A DNA stretch of 64,000 bases. Origin: an uncultured Desulfobacterales bacterium (lineage in GTDB: Bacteria > Desulfobacterota > Desulfobacteria > Desulfobacterales > UBA11574). The notes under the pieces are model-generated. The model did not search any database, was not told the DNA's origin, and was given only the letters and a program-made list of their open reading frames with translations. Each line of letters begins with the position of its first letter. The stretch's first letter is position 1. The position numbers and the translations under genes were made by a program. The stretch covers positions 6,094 through 70,093 of the forward strand of contig CALLDL010000033.1 of assembly GCA_937998305.1 (NCBI GenBank). The letters are read 5' to 3'. Shown here piece by piece: positions 36,518-46,386 of the stretch.

Positions 36518-36822
36518 CTAAGTTTTTTGTCTGACTCTTACTTCCATAATAAACCCCTCACTTTCTCCCTGAGGTTAATCCACGGGCAGGGACGTCCTTT
36601 TCAGCCGTATGCGCCTATCCCGTGGGGTTAGTATTATGTAAAACTTTTCATAAATATTATGGAGTATACCCCATAATCTCATGTACTTTGCCATAAATCA
36701 GTGCTTTAAATCAGATCTTTTAATTAATGTAACCATCTAATTTAATTGCAATTTAAATTGATTTGCGCCACAATTATCTGATTTTGCATGGTTTTTGCAC
36801 GTTTAAATAGAAAGAAGCCATC

Positions 36823-36933
36823 ATGAGAAATTCCATTAAAGATTTTATTAAAGACTTTATTCTTTTAGCATTTTTCATAGTTTGCATTATAGCTTCCTTT
36901 TTTTATGCTTTTAATATGACTTCTTTTTTATAA
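36823..36933 (+). CDS. possible 36-aa hydrophobic peptide (below ORF-track cutoff)
   Basis: My translation: MRNSIKDFIKDFILLAFFIVCIIASFFYAFNMTSFL. A strong hairpin terminator follows at 37006-37048. No clear RBS. Confidence 0.25.
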   Translation: MRNSIKDFIKDFILLAFFIVCIIASFFYAFNMTSFL

Positions 36934-37005
36934 AGCAATAAATAACCATATGGCATTATTTTTTGAGTGTTAGGCTATAAATTACTTCTTCGCAGCCTAA
37001 CCTTC

Positions 37006-37048
37006 TATAGCCCCTGGGTACATGTAGCCCCAGGGGCTATATATTTTT
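37006..37048 (+). terminator. rho-independent terminator-like hairpin
   Basis: TATAGCCCCTGGG-tacatgtagc-CCCAGGGGCTATA (13-bp stem) followed by TATTTTT. Confidence 0.55.
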
Positions 37049-37344
37049 CCAGGACAAGCCCGAAAGCTCATCCTGGGCGGTTGATGGTTTTAGTTCATAA
37101 AAGAAGGCTCCGGCCTATGGTTCCCCCCCTTCAAAAACAAAAGCGCCTGAAGGCTTTCCACGGTCCAAGATAATAAACCGCCCACAACGTCACCGCTGCA
37201 AGTGCCTTCAAGCGCTATGTTTGATAATTGGTGTTTCATTTTACTGTGGAATTGGGTTAAATTAGCGGTGCTTCATTTATTCATATAAATATAATGCCAC
37301 CTTTTTTTATTGATTTGAATATATGAATATTGTAAAAGGTGTGT

Positions 37345-37497
37345 ATGGCACGAAAAAACATGACAACAAGTATTGAAAATGACCTCCAGAAAGAGATTAA
37401 AAAGCTCGCCATCGATTTAGAAAGACCTCTAAATGACCTTATAGAAGAATCCTTCCGGGATCTTCTCAAAAAATACGAAAAGAAAGATAAAACATAA
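37345..37497 (+). CDS. ribbon-helix-helix (CopG/Arc-like) small protein (below ORF-track cutoff)
   Basis: My translation: MARKNMTTSIENDLQKEIKKLAIDLERPLNDLIEESFRDLLKKYEKKDKT (50 aa). It has the beta-strand, helix, helix pattern typical of RHH proteins. It replaces the antisense 37281..37544 track ORF. Confidence 0.55.
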   Translation: MARKNMTTSIENDLQKEIKKLAIDLERPLNDLIEESFRDLLKKYEKKDKT

Positions 37498-37536
37498 CAT
37501 TCTAAGTCAGAGATATTCTTATTGAGAGGATCTATA

Positions 37537-37719
37537 ATGAGCATGGGCGATTTTCAGGCTGACCAAGTTGGATATTATGGGAAACCAGTGTCTTCTTTAA
37601 CCAAGGATGAACTACTTAAAGCTGTATTGGAGATATCCGAGATAATTTATAATTGCCCTGTAAAAGGCAAATGCAGTGAAATTTTAGAACGTATAGAGCA
37701 GGAAAAACTCAAAAAATAA
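37537..37719 (+). CDS. small hypothetical protein
   Basis: MSMGDFQADQVGYYGKPVSSLTKDELLKAVLEISEIIYNCPVKGKCSEILERIEQEKLKK. GAGAGGA lies 6 nt upstream of the ATG at 37537. Confidence 0.4.
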   Translation: MSMGDFQADQVGYYGKPVSSLTKDELLKAVLEISEIIYNCPVKGKCSEILERIEQEKLKK

Positions 37720-37814
37720 CCTGTAACCGAGAGGTTGACATGGACTGATTACCAAGACCCCATTTCTCATAGAGGTGGGGTTTTGTATTTGCATTGAACT
37801 AGGGAGGATGATTA

Positions 37815-38264
37815 ATGGGAAAATTTTATGTTGATGAAAACAATCAAGCTAGGATTAACTGTCACAACTGCGGATTAAATAAGAATTTAGATGTAACAAA
37901 ATTTAAGGATACTCATAAAAGGCTGAAGGCCAAATGTCGATGTGGCGAAGTTTTTCGGCTTACCTTGGATTTTCGAAGGCATTACCGTAAGAATGTCAGG
38001 CTTGCTGGTGAATACTTTGTCCAGGGAAAAAATGAAAAGGGAGAAGTACTCATCGAAGACATTTCAATGACCGGAGTCAGATTTGCAACTCTTAAGCCAC
38101 ATAATATTTTCAAAGATGATACAGTTGAATTGAAATTTACTTTAGATAATCCAATGAGAACGAAAGTCCAAGAACTCGTCAAAATAATAAGGACTATCGA
38201 TCGCAATGTTGGTGCACAGTACATCAACCAAAGTCGGATGCAAAGGATTTGGTTTTTTGTATAA
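37815..38264 (+). CDS. PilZ-domain (c-di-GMP-binding) protein with N-terminal zinc-ribbon
   Basis: CHNCG...CRCGEVF zinc-ribbon. PilZ motifs RRHYRK (RxxxR) and EDISMTGVRF (D/NxSxxG). Confidence 0.75.
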   Translation: MGKFYVDENNQARINCHNCGLNKNLDVTKFKDTHKRLKAKCRCGEVFRLTLDFRRHYRKNVRLAGEYFVQGKNEKGEVLIEDISMTGVRFATLKPHNIFKDDTVELKFTLDNPMRTKVQELVKIIRTIDRNVGAQYINQSRMQRIWFFV

Positions 38265-38615
38265 AAACTTAATTTGTCCTTAGACAGAGACGTTTTGACA
38301 ATTTTCAAAAAACAGAATTTGCCTAACCTGACACCAGAAAAATATGATATCTGTAGATCAATTGTTGTTGTGAATGGTGTCGATACTGATAAGATATTCA
38401 AAGAAAGGACAGGGTATAATTTTTGCGATGCGATATTTCCGCATCACAATTTCGAATGAACAAAGGTAATTGTTAGATATCTGGCATCACACATCAAGCC
38501 AAACGACATATTCCTGTTTTTTCGAACAAACTTCTATATTCCTGACGATATGTTCGAATTCAAAATGCATTTATTATACTGTTTTAATTGGGTTTATTTT
38601 TTTCGATAGTTTAAT

Positions 38616-38902
38616 TTAAACATTGGCACTACTTGTGCGCCAGGTCCGCTCTTTCTTGATCTCAGTGGGAAGCTTGCCTATACGACAGTATTTACGCGCG
38701 GTTTTCTCATCCATATCCGCCTTGGCAGCTGCTGTCGCATATGTCTTTTCTGTCTGTATCAATTTCATCAGTCTCCTCACCTGATTGTTTGTGACCATCC
38801 AAGTCTCCTCCGTTGTTTTGATTAAGACTCGGATGTTTTATCGACTTCTTCACTCAACGGGAATTATAATTGTCGTCAGGTGGGAATTATAATTGTCGCA
38901 CA
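38616..38902 (-). mobile_element. truncated IS end: terminal repeats plus N-terminal 60 codons of a DDE transposase (IS21-like, family assignment tentative)
   Basis: The end reads TGTGCGACAATTATAATTCCCA (minus orientation). The 17-mer GGGAATTATAATTGTCG is repeated at 38859-38875 and 38882-38898. The ORF MVTNNQVRRLMKLIQTEKTYATAAAKADMDEKTARKYCRIGKLPTEIKKERTWRT... has an HTH-like N-terminus and then stops. Confidence 0.6.
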
Positions 38903-39002
38903 TCACCATACAGAGCCGTCTCTGACATCGCTCGTGTAACGTTTCGTTTTTGCACGTTTAAATGCGACCCCTCATTTTTTTTAAAAAAAACAAATAATTA
39001 GC

Positions 39003-39031
39003 TTGCTTTCTTTCTCAATAATGATTATTAT
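39003..39031 (+). promoter_or_regulatory. candidate sigma70 promoter of the cold-shock gene (long 5' UTR)
   Basis: TTGCTT (39003-39008), 17-nt spacer, TATTAT (39026-39031). This leaves a leader of about 120 nt before the ATG at 39158. Confidence 0.45.
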
Positions 39032-39157
39032 GCCTCTAATCAACTAAGTCCTGTTTAATCTTCGGGACGGTTTTCTCTCTGAAGGAATAATCCATTTGTC
39101 AAAGTGGCACCCTCCAGTTTGCGAAGTTGAAAAATTTTAAGAAAGGAGGATGTTATC

Positions 39158-39358
39158 ATGACCAATGGAACTGTTAAGTGGTTTAACGACCGAAAAGGGT
39201 TCGGATTTATTGAGCAGGAAGACGGGCCGGATGTGTTTGTTCATCATTCAGCGATCAACGCAAACGGTTTTAAATCCCTCAATGAAGGCGACCGAGTTTC
39301 CTTTGATATAGAGCAAGGACAAAAAGGTCCTGCCGCTGCAAATGTCACTGTGATCTAA
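39158..39358 (+). CDS. cold-shock protein (CspA family)
   Basis: [33 protein letters not shown]... with RNP1/RNP2 motifs KGFGFI and VFVHH. AGGAGG RBS present. Confidence 0.95.
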   Translation: MTNGTVKWFNDRKGFGFIEQEDGPDVFVHHSAINANGFKSLNEGDRVSFDIEQGQKGPAAANVTVI

Positions 39359-39376
39359 CCTTATGTTCTAAATAAA

Positions 39377-39417
39377 AAGGGCATTCCTTCTAATATTGAG
39401 GGGATGCCCTTTTGTTT
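39377..39417 (+). terminator. rho-independent terminator after csp
   Basis: AGGGCAT...ATGCCCT stem (39378-39384 with 39404-39410) followed by TTTTGTTT. Confidence 0.7.
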
Positions 39418-39530
39418 GGTTTGAATTTTATTTTCCCGATTCGCTATCATCAGACCTTAAACCTCAAAATTCCCTCATAGATCCTGTTCTTGTTGTCATT
39501 ATCAAAAATAACAGCCAAGGAGGTAACAAA

Positions 39531-39683
39531 TTGGCAAGATCAAATTATTCATTTAAAAAACGCCAGAAAGAATTAGCAAGGAAGAAAAAGAAAGAACAAA
39601 AAAGACAACGCAAACTGGATAAAAACGCTATAAATTCAGAAGAGAATCCAAATCAGCCCCAGAATGAAGGAGAGAATCTATAA
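39531..39683 (+). CDS. small highly basic protein (50 aa)
   Basis: AGGAGG-N6-TTG start. LARSNYSFKKRQKELARKKKKEQKRQRKLDKN... The upstream part of the track ORF (from 39396) overlaps the csp terminator, so I shortened it. Confidence 0.4.
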   Translation: MARSNYSFKKRQKELARKKKKEQKRQRKLDKNAINSEENPNQPQNEGENL

Positions 39684-39714
39684 GCGTAGAAACAGGATGA
39701 AAAGGAGAAAAGAT

Positions 39715-40065
39715 ATGCGTCAAAAATATGTGATTTCTCGAGATGATGCTAAAAACAAACTCAAAATCAGGGAATATGCAATCATCGACAAAAATCTGAA
39801 AAAAGTGGCGTCTTCAATGCTGCAAAAGGGAAGTTTTTCATTTCTCTGTGAAGAAACTTATGAAAGTGAAATTATCGTGAGTTCCATCTCCAAAGGAATG
39901 AACGCCTTGGTTGCAATCCTTCGGACCCACAATATATTTCCTATCGAACCATATGCCACCAAAATCGCCGAATCAGTCACGGCGTTATACAATTCATCCG
40001 AAGATAATTCGGTGGAGCTGTTTTTTGACGACGTCGATTTGGTATCTGCTTTGGTACCTGGCTGA
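39715..40065 (+). CDS. hypothetical protein
   Basis: AAGGAG lies 7 nt upstream of the ATG at 39715. MRQKYVISRDDAKNKLKIREYAIIDKNLKK... No recognised motif. Confidence 0.5.
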   Translation: MRQKYVISRDDAKNKLKIREYAIIDKNLKKVASSMLQKGSFSFLCEETYESEIIVSSISKGMNALVAILRTHNIFPIEPYATKIAESVTALYNSSEDNSVELFFDDVDLVSALVPG

Positions 40066-40258
40066 TATGTTATCGATATTTGAAACCAGATAATTTGAAA
40101 TATCAAAAACTAACCTTGGACAATTAAAGGAACGGTACTAAATAAACTGATATCCACCGAACAGAGATAATGTGCCTGAACACAGCACTCTGGCAGGTAG
40201 GTGCTGCCCTTGGTATGAGTGATGACTTAAAAGAAGGGTTTATTGAGGAGACAAAAGG

Positions 40259-40474
40259 ATGGAAAACAGATTGGATGATTTATTTCTGAAGTTTCAAACA
40301 AAGGGGTTTATGCCCATTGAAATCCAAGGACTCATTAAAGATGTTTTTAATATTTTAAGTAATGGTGGATATTGCTCTATAACCGCTGTTAACCAAGAGA
40401 TGGAGGAACTGGGCTGGGGGATAGAAATCATGGATAATGTTACGTACGAATTAGTAAACTCCCTGGTTCAATAA
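40259..40474 (+). CDS. hypothetical protein
   Basis: 71-aa ORF with GAGGAG upstream. No recognised motif. Confidence 0.45.
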   Translation: MENRLDDLFLKFQTKGFMPIEIQGLIKDVFNILSNGGYCSITAVNQEMEELGWGIEIMDNVTYELVNSLVQ

Positions 40475-41000
40475 AAAATGGCAAACATTCTTATCATAAT
40501 GGATATGTGGTCAAAAGCCATTTTGTTTGTGATGAGTTAAAACATAAGATGCCCACCTTAATAATAACAAAATCTTGCACCACGGAGCAATACTTAAAAA
40601 GGGGTTTTTCGATAGTCTCGCTATAGATGGCAGGTTTTTAAGACCTTTAAATTGTTGTGATATATAGTTTTAATAGTTTCAGATTGTCACCGAATAAGTT
40701 TCAATAAAGCCCTGCACATGCAAAAAAAATGTGCCAGATCACTGAAACTTATTCATTTACAAAAATCACCGTATCTCTCCATTTGTCATAACCATTTCGC
40801 AACCTTTCGACCCCAAAACCTTTATCGCGCTAGTGTCCCCGTTTATCCATCCCCCCTCAATACAAACGAAAAATATCCGCTTATAGGGTGAGCCTGGAAT
40901 GCATTTGGCCTTGAGGATTTCGAAAATTTGTTATGATCCATTAGGTTTAAATCTTTTAGTTCAGGATAGTCGATTGATTTCATTGTATTAATTGGCCATT

Positions 41001-41034
41001 CTGGCAGTCATGAGATCGACGGTTCGATCCCGTT
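41001..41034 (+). repeat. direct repeat of the tRNA-Ala 3' half (att-site-like island boundary)
   Basis: CTGGCAGTCATGAGATCGACGGTTCGATCCCGTT matches tRNA positions 36137-36170 at 33 of 34 nt. Similarity decays afterwards (TACTCCAGCA versus CAGCTCCACCA). Confidence 0.8.
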
Positions 41035-41188
41035 TACTCCAGCAATAGAAAAAAAAGGTTGGCTTATGAGGCTGCCCTCTTTTATTATTTGCTCATTTTT
41101 TTAAACGCAGATTTCCCTTCTTGTCTTGACATAATAAGTATATTGGCTTAAGAAATTTTTAATTTTATCAATGATAAATGGTTAAGTC

Positions 41189-41758
41189 ATGATGAAAAAC
41201 CACAATATATGCAATGTATTTTTTTTCGTTATTGCCGGAATCGTCATATGCGTCGCTTTTTTGAATGTGCCCGTAGTATCATCGGGTATGGATCAAGTTG
41301 AGCGAAACACAAGAATTATAGAAACTAAACAATCAAAAAACCCCGTTGTCCATCTATATTTTTCCGACAAAGAGAATTCGTTTCTCAAAGCTGAAACAAG
41401 GGATCTTTTTCATTCAGACAATCCAGTCGAATTTGGCAAAAACATTGTCGAAGCCCTGATAGAAGGCCCTAGGACCGGGCTTATGCGGACAATTCCTGCA
41501 GATACGACACTTAAGGCATTTTATATTTCCCGGGATGGTACAGCTTATGTCGATATGTCTGATACCATTAGAGATGCTCATCCCGGCGGGGTTAAATCGG
41601 AACTTTTTTCGATATATTCGATGGTCAATTCATTAACATTGAACATTCCCGAAATCGATGCGGTAAAGATCCTGATCAGCGGAAAAGAAGCGATGACCCT
41701 GGACGGTCATATAGATGTGCGTTTTCCGTTTAAAGCCAACATGCTTTTAATACGATGA
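41189..41758 (+). CDS. GerMN-domain protein (secreted/membrane-anchored)
   Basis: N-terminal TM/signal segment. [39 protein letters not shown]...[44 protein letters not shown]. Confidence 0.7.
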   Translation: MMKNHNICNVFFFVIAGIVICVAFLNVPVVSSGMDQVERNTRIIETKQSKNPVVHLYFSDKENSFLKAETRDLFHSDNPVEFGKNIVEALIEGPRTGLMRTIPADTTLKAFYISRDGTAYVDMSDTIRDAHPGGVKSELFSIYSMVNSLTLNIPEIDAVKILISGKEAMTLDGHIDVRFPFKANMLLIR

Positions 41759-43788
41759 AAAAAAAGGATCACATTAAAAATATAAGAAATATCGGTATTA
41801 TCGCCCATATCGATGCCGGAAAGACAACGGTAACAGAGCGGATGCTATACTATACCGGCCGTTCTCACAAAATCGGTGAAGTGCATAACGGTGAAGCGAT
41901 TATGGACTGGATGCCTGATGAACAAGAACGGGGAATTACCATTACCTCCGCTGTTACCACTTGCCACTGGAAGGGAAGTGATGTCCAGATCATAGATACA
42001 CCGGGGCATGTCGACTTTACCATCGAGGTTGAACGTTCTTTAAGGGTACTTGACGGGGCCGTCGGTGTCTTTTGTGCAGTTGGTGGTGTGGAACCTCAGT
42101 CGGAAACGGTATGGCGACAGGCTGACAAGTACCTTGTCCCAAAGATGGCCTTTATCAACAAACTTGACAGGGTTGGTGCAGACTTCTTTGGCTCAATTGA
42201 GATGATGAAAAAAAGGTTAGATGCCAATCCGCTGATTTTACAGCTGCCGGTGGGCTTAGAAGATGATTTTTCAGGCGTTATCGATCTCATTAACATGAAA
42301 CAAATCATCTGGGAGGATGAAGCTTTAGGAGAAACTTTTACGAAAGAAGATATTCCTCAAAACTTGCTTGGCACCGCAACAGAATATCATGAAAAACTTA
42401 TCGAAGCCATCGCTGAAGTTGATGATGATATCATGGAGGACTATTTATCAGAGACACCCGTCACTCTGGAAAGATTGATTGGCGCTATCAGAAAGGCGAC
42501 CATAGACCTGAAACTGGTGCCGGTCCTTTGCGGCAGTGCTCTGAGAAATAAAGGAATACAACCGCTTCTTGACGCCATTGTAAAATTTTTGCCAAGCCCT
42601 TTAGATGTACCCCCAATTAAAGGCGTACACCCTGAAACCGGCCAACATATTGAATGCAGAGCGAATGATGCCGATTCTCTTGCAGCCCTCATATTCAAAG
42701 TATCGATGATAGAGGGTCGTAAACTATCCTATGTCAGAATTTACAGCGGAACCATGAATGCCAAAGCAGACACCTACAATTCTTCTCGAAAAAAAAGTGA
42801 GAAACTTTCACGCATATTAAAAATGCATGCCAACAAGAGAGAACGTATCGATTCCGCCGGCGCCGGCAGCCTGGTCGGGGTTATTGGATTAAAAGAGTCT
42901 TCTACGGGAGAGACGCTCTGCTCCATCGATCATCCTGTTTTATTGGAAAAAATAGAGTTTTACGAGCCGGTTATATCTGTGGCTGTTGAGCCTAAAACCC
43001 ATGCTGACCAGGAAAAACTTGATCAAGTCCTCGAAAAATTTATGGCTGAAGATCCGACACTTAAACTTCAAAAGGATGAAGACACCGGACAGACAATTTT
43101 ATCCGGTATGGGAGAACTTCACCTCGAAGTTATCATCAGTCGTATGCAGCGAGAATTCAAGACCAATGTCAATGTGGGAAAACCACAGGTTATGTACAGG
43201 GAGACCATCGAAAAAGAAGGGCATGCATCTGCAGTATTTGACAAGGAAGTGGCGGGACAAAGACATTTTGCCAAAGTAATGTTAAAACTGACACCTTTGG
43301 AACGGGGTACTGAAAACAGATTCAGGTCTGAAATTACTGACGAAACAATACCTGATATGTTCATCCCGACTATCAAAAAGGGTGTGATGGAATCCCTGGA
43401 AAGCGGAGTATTAATGGGGTATCCTGTTGTTGATGTTGAGGCCGTTCTCACCGGAGGAGTAAATAAAGAATCTTTGAGCACTGAACTGGCCTATACGGTC
43501 AGTGCATCTATGGCTTGCAAAACAGCACTGACGAAAGGTGAATCGTTTCTCCTTGATCCGATTATGAATGTGGAAGTTTTTGTTCCAGAGGCTTTTGTGG
43601 GAGACGTGATAGGGGATCTCAATTCGCGAAATGGAAAAATTGAATCTATCGAGCACAAAATGGGCGTACAGGTGATAAAGGTTGTGGTTCCACTGGCGCT
43701 CATGTTCGGATATTCAACATCATTGCGATCAGCCACACAGGGCAGAGGGACATTCACCATGCAATTTTCTCATTTTGACCGATGCTAA
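41755..43788 (+). CDS. fusA: elongation factor G family GTPase (EF-G paralogue)
   Basis: G motifs [17 protein letters not shown] and NKLD. 677 aa. The start overlaps the GerMN stop (ATGA). Confidence 0.9.
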   Translation: MKKKDHIKNIRNIGIIAHIDAGKTTVTERMLYYTGRSHKIGEVHNGEAIMDWMPDEQERGITITSAVTTCHWKGSDVQIIDTPGHVDFTIEVERSLRVLDGAVGVFCAVGGVEPQSETVWRQADKYLVPKMAFINKLDRVGADFFGSIEMMKKRLDANPLILQLPVGLEDDFSGVIDLINMKQIIWEDEALGETFTKEDIPQNLLGTATEYHEKLIEAIAEVDDDIMEDYLSETPVTLERLIGAIRKATIDLKLVPVLCGSALRNKGIQPLLDAIVKFLPSPLDVPPIKGVHPETGQHIECRANDADSLAALIFKVSMIEGRKLSYVRIYSGTMNAKADTYNSSRKKSEKLSRILKMHANKRERIDSAGAGSLVGVIGLKESSTGETLCSIDHPVLLEKIEFYEPVISVAVEPKTHADQEKLDQVLEKFMAEDPTLKLQKDEDTGQTILSGMGELHLEVIISRMQREFKTNVNVGKPQVMYRETIEKEGHASAVFDKEVAGQRHFAKVMLKLTPLERGTENRFRSEITDETIPDMFIPTIKKGVMESLESGVLMGYPVVDVEAVLTGGVNKESLSTELAYTVSASMACKTALTKGESFLLDPIMNVEVFVPEAFVGDVIGDLNSRNGKIESIEHKMGVQVIKVVVPLALMFGYSTSLRSATQGRGTFTMQFSHFDRC

Positions 43789-43903
43789 CATTCCTCTTCA
43801 AACGTTACACCCCGGATTTCTCGAACAGTACACGCTTTTTTAAAAAGGTTACCCATTCCGTTTGTAAATAAGTTTTTACAATAACAACTCTCCGAATACT
43901 CAG

Positions 43904-45337
43904 TTAATTCTTTTGTGCTTTATTGTCGTCATCCTTTTCTGATTTACTCTTTTTCTTTCTGATTTCCTTCAACAATTTCTCTACTTTGACTTTTTTATAT
44001 GGTTCGTTGATGTACTCCAAGGCTTTTTTTAGATGGAAAATGGCATTTTTAAAATCCCTTTTATTTTTGTAATGAATACCCAGGTAATAATGCGCATCAC
44101 CTTTCTTCCCAAGCTTCCAATACGTTTCCCCAAGGGTAAAAAGTGCACGAGGATAATTTTGTTGTTTTGAGATAAGTTTTTCAAACGTTGCGACTGCATC
44201 CGCGAGATGGCCGAGTTCTACCTGGGTACGCCCCAGATAAAAAAGAATATCAGGATCATTCGAGTTAATGCTGGCAGCGCCATCCAGAATGCTGAATGCT
44301 TGCTGGTAATTGCCATCGAGAAAATATAAGCGCCCAAGATCTTTTAAAATATAGGGATCAAATGCCCTTTTCCCCAATGCCGCCTTTAGGTATTTTTCAG
44401 CAGCTTTGTGGTCGCCTTTTCTATCCAGGATCAGGCCGTATCCATAATATGCCAAAGGGTCGTCGGGATGATTATGTACATCTGATTTAAACTTTCTTAA
44501 TGCAACATCCTCATCTCCGTAAATGGCAACGAGTCGTGTATGGGCCCTTTTAAAATAATAGTCATTGATATTGGGCTCTGTTTTGTTGTGTTTCTCAAGC
44601 CAGGTATCGATATACGCCATTCGTTCCTCTGAAGCCGGATGGGTGGTCAGATAAGTCGGAATCTGGTTTGAATCGAACCAGCGTTTGCTTCGCATTTTTT
44701 TCAGTGTAGATATCAGCCCTTTGCCGTTATATCCAGCTTTTCTCAGAACGTTGAGTCCGATCTGATCCGCTTGTCTTTCGTCTTCACGGCCATATGCAAG
44801 TGCATAGGATTGGCCGGCTGCCATAGATCCAATGGTGACTGCATTGGCAGCTGCCGAGGCTCCGGCGGTTCCAAGAAGCACGCCGGCAACAACCCCGGCA
44901 AGTGTGGCGTAGTTTACTTTTTCAGCCCTTTCAATTTTCTTGGAAATATGGCGACAGACCACATGTGAGATTTCATGGGCCAGTACACATGCCAGCTCTT
45001 CCTCATTATCCATTGCTTCCAGCAATCCGCTGTGTATAAAAATGTGACCTGCGGGGGTGGCAAAAGCATTGTAGGTATCTTCCTTTATTACATAGAAATG
45101 GTAGGAAAAAGGCTGGGGAGGAAGCGTTGAGACGATTTTTTGACCGACGTCGTTGATGTAATTGGTGATAAGCGGGTCTGTGATAACTTCGTAGTGCGAT
45201 AAAATGAGTTTTATAAACTCATTTGCCAGTTCCTCTTCCTGTTGTATCGTAATTCCTGAAGCACCTTTAGGGGAGATGATGCCACACGCAATAATGAGAA
45301 CAGTGCATAGCAAAATGCATTGTTTAACAATTTTCAT
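43904..45337 (-). CDS. M48-family zinc metallopeptidase with C-terminal TPR repeats (BepA/YfgC-like)
   Basis: Signal peptide present. HEISHVVCRH (HExxH). TPR-like C-terminal half. Confidence 0.85.
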   Translation of the reverse strand: MKIVKQCILLCTVLIIACGIISPKGASGITIQQEEELANEFIKLILSHYEVITDPLITNYINDVGQKIVSTLPPQPFSYHFYVIKEDTYNAFATPAGHIFIHSGLLEAMDNEEELACVLAHEISHVVCRHISKKIERAEKVNYATLAGVVAGVLLGTAGASAAANAVTIGSMAAGQSYALAYGREDERQADQIGLNVLRKAGYNGKGLISTLKKMRSKRWFDSNQIPTYLTTHPASEERMAYIDTWLEKHNKTEPNINDYYFKRAHTRLVAIYGDEDVALRKFKSDVHNHPDDPLAYYGYGLILDRKGDHKAAEKYLKAALGKRAFDPYILKDLGRLYFLDGNYQQAFSILDGAASINSNDPDILFYLGRTQVELGHLADAVATFEKLISKQQNYPRALFTLGETYWKLGKKGDAHYYLGIHYKNKRDFKNAIFHLKKALEYINEPYKKVKVEKLLKEIRKKKSKSEKDDDNKAQKN

Positions 45338-45503
45338 GAAAACCTCGACAAAAGAGGGTGCCGGTTTCAGATATGAATATAAAAGAAACCGAAACCATAT
45401 GGTTTTGCTGCATACCCTATAATTTATTACTCAATTGGTTAATAGTCAAATCATATCCTTATATACTTTTCAAACATCACGTTTTATGGTAAAGTTCGTC
45501 ACC

Positions 45504-46271
45504 ATGACTCATATCATATGCATAGCCAACCAGAAGGGTGGTGTGGGAAAAACGACGACGGCCGTAAATTTGTCGGCGGCCATGGCAGTTTCGGAAAAAA
45601 GAATTCTCCTTGTGGATTGTGATCCTCAGGGAAATGCAACCACCGGTTTGGGAATAGATAAAAATCGTATTGAAAGGTCATTATATCACGGCATGATTGG
45701 TAATGTCGATGCCGAGAATCTCATTTTGGATAGTGACATAGAAACCTTGAAAATTATACCCTCAAGGGTTGAGCTGATTGGTTTTGAAGTGGAGATGATG
45801 TCAAAACCCAAGCGTGAAATGGCCCTAAAAAAGCTTTTATCCCAAATTAAAAATTCATTTGAATACATCATAATCGACTGTCCACCCTCCTTGAGCCTTT
45901 TAACGGTTAATGCACTAACTGCAGCCGATGTTATGCTAATCCCGCTTCAGTGTGAATTTTATGCATTAGAAGGCCTTGGACAGCTTCTTCAAACCATGAA
46001 GCGCATCAAGTATAAGTTGAATCCTAAACTTAAAATTGCCGGTATACTTCTCACCATGTTTGATAAAAGAACAAATCTGTCTCATCAGGTTGCCGAAGAT
46101 GCCGAAAAATATTTCAAGCAACTCGTATTCAAGACCATGATTCCCAGAAATGTCAGACTGGGCGAAGCTCCGAGTTTCGGAAAGCCGATCTTGTTGTACG
46201 ATGCAACCTCCAAAGGGGCTCGCAGTTACTTTAATCTTGCAAAAGAGATCATGAAAAATAAATCCTTCTGA
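45504..46271 (+). CDS. parA: chromosome partitioning ATPase ParA/Soj
   Basis: MTHIICIANQKGGVGKTTT deviant Walker A. I prefer the start at 45504 over the track start at 45435. Confidence 0.9.
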   Translation: MTHIICIANQKGGVGKTTTAVNLSAAMAVSEKRILLVDCDPQGNATTGLGIDKNRIERSLYHGMIGNVDAENLILDSDIETLKIIPSRVELIGFEVEMMSKPKREMALKKLLSQIKNSFEYIIIDCPPSLSLLTVNALTAADVMLIPLQCEFYALEGLGQLLQTMKRIKYKLNPKLKIAGILLTMFDKRTNLSHQVAEDAEKYFKQLVFKTMIPRNVRLGEAPSFGKPILLYDATSKGARSYFNLAKEIMKNKSF

Positions 46272-46386
46272 ACAATTCGTTCATCAGGGGGCATATCTAA
46301 AGCCTGTTAACACCGATGAAGTGATCAAAACGAACTTTCAAAATTCGTCGTGTAACACATGTATTGACGAAATTAACGCCATCACA

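Noticed and set aside
37281-37544. 87-aa minus-strand ORF
   Set aside because: It is low-complexity (Phe/Ser/Ile-rich) and antisense to a compact RHH-protein ORF with a sensible helix pattern on the plus strand.
39105-39122. Sigma-54-like promoter TGGCAC-N-TTTGC upstream of csp
   Set aside because: The GG-to-GC spacing is 15 nt instead of the canonical 12. It lies inside the probable csp 5' UTR downstream of a good sigma70-type promoter.
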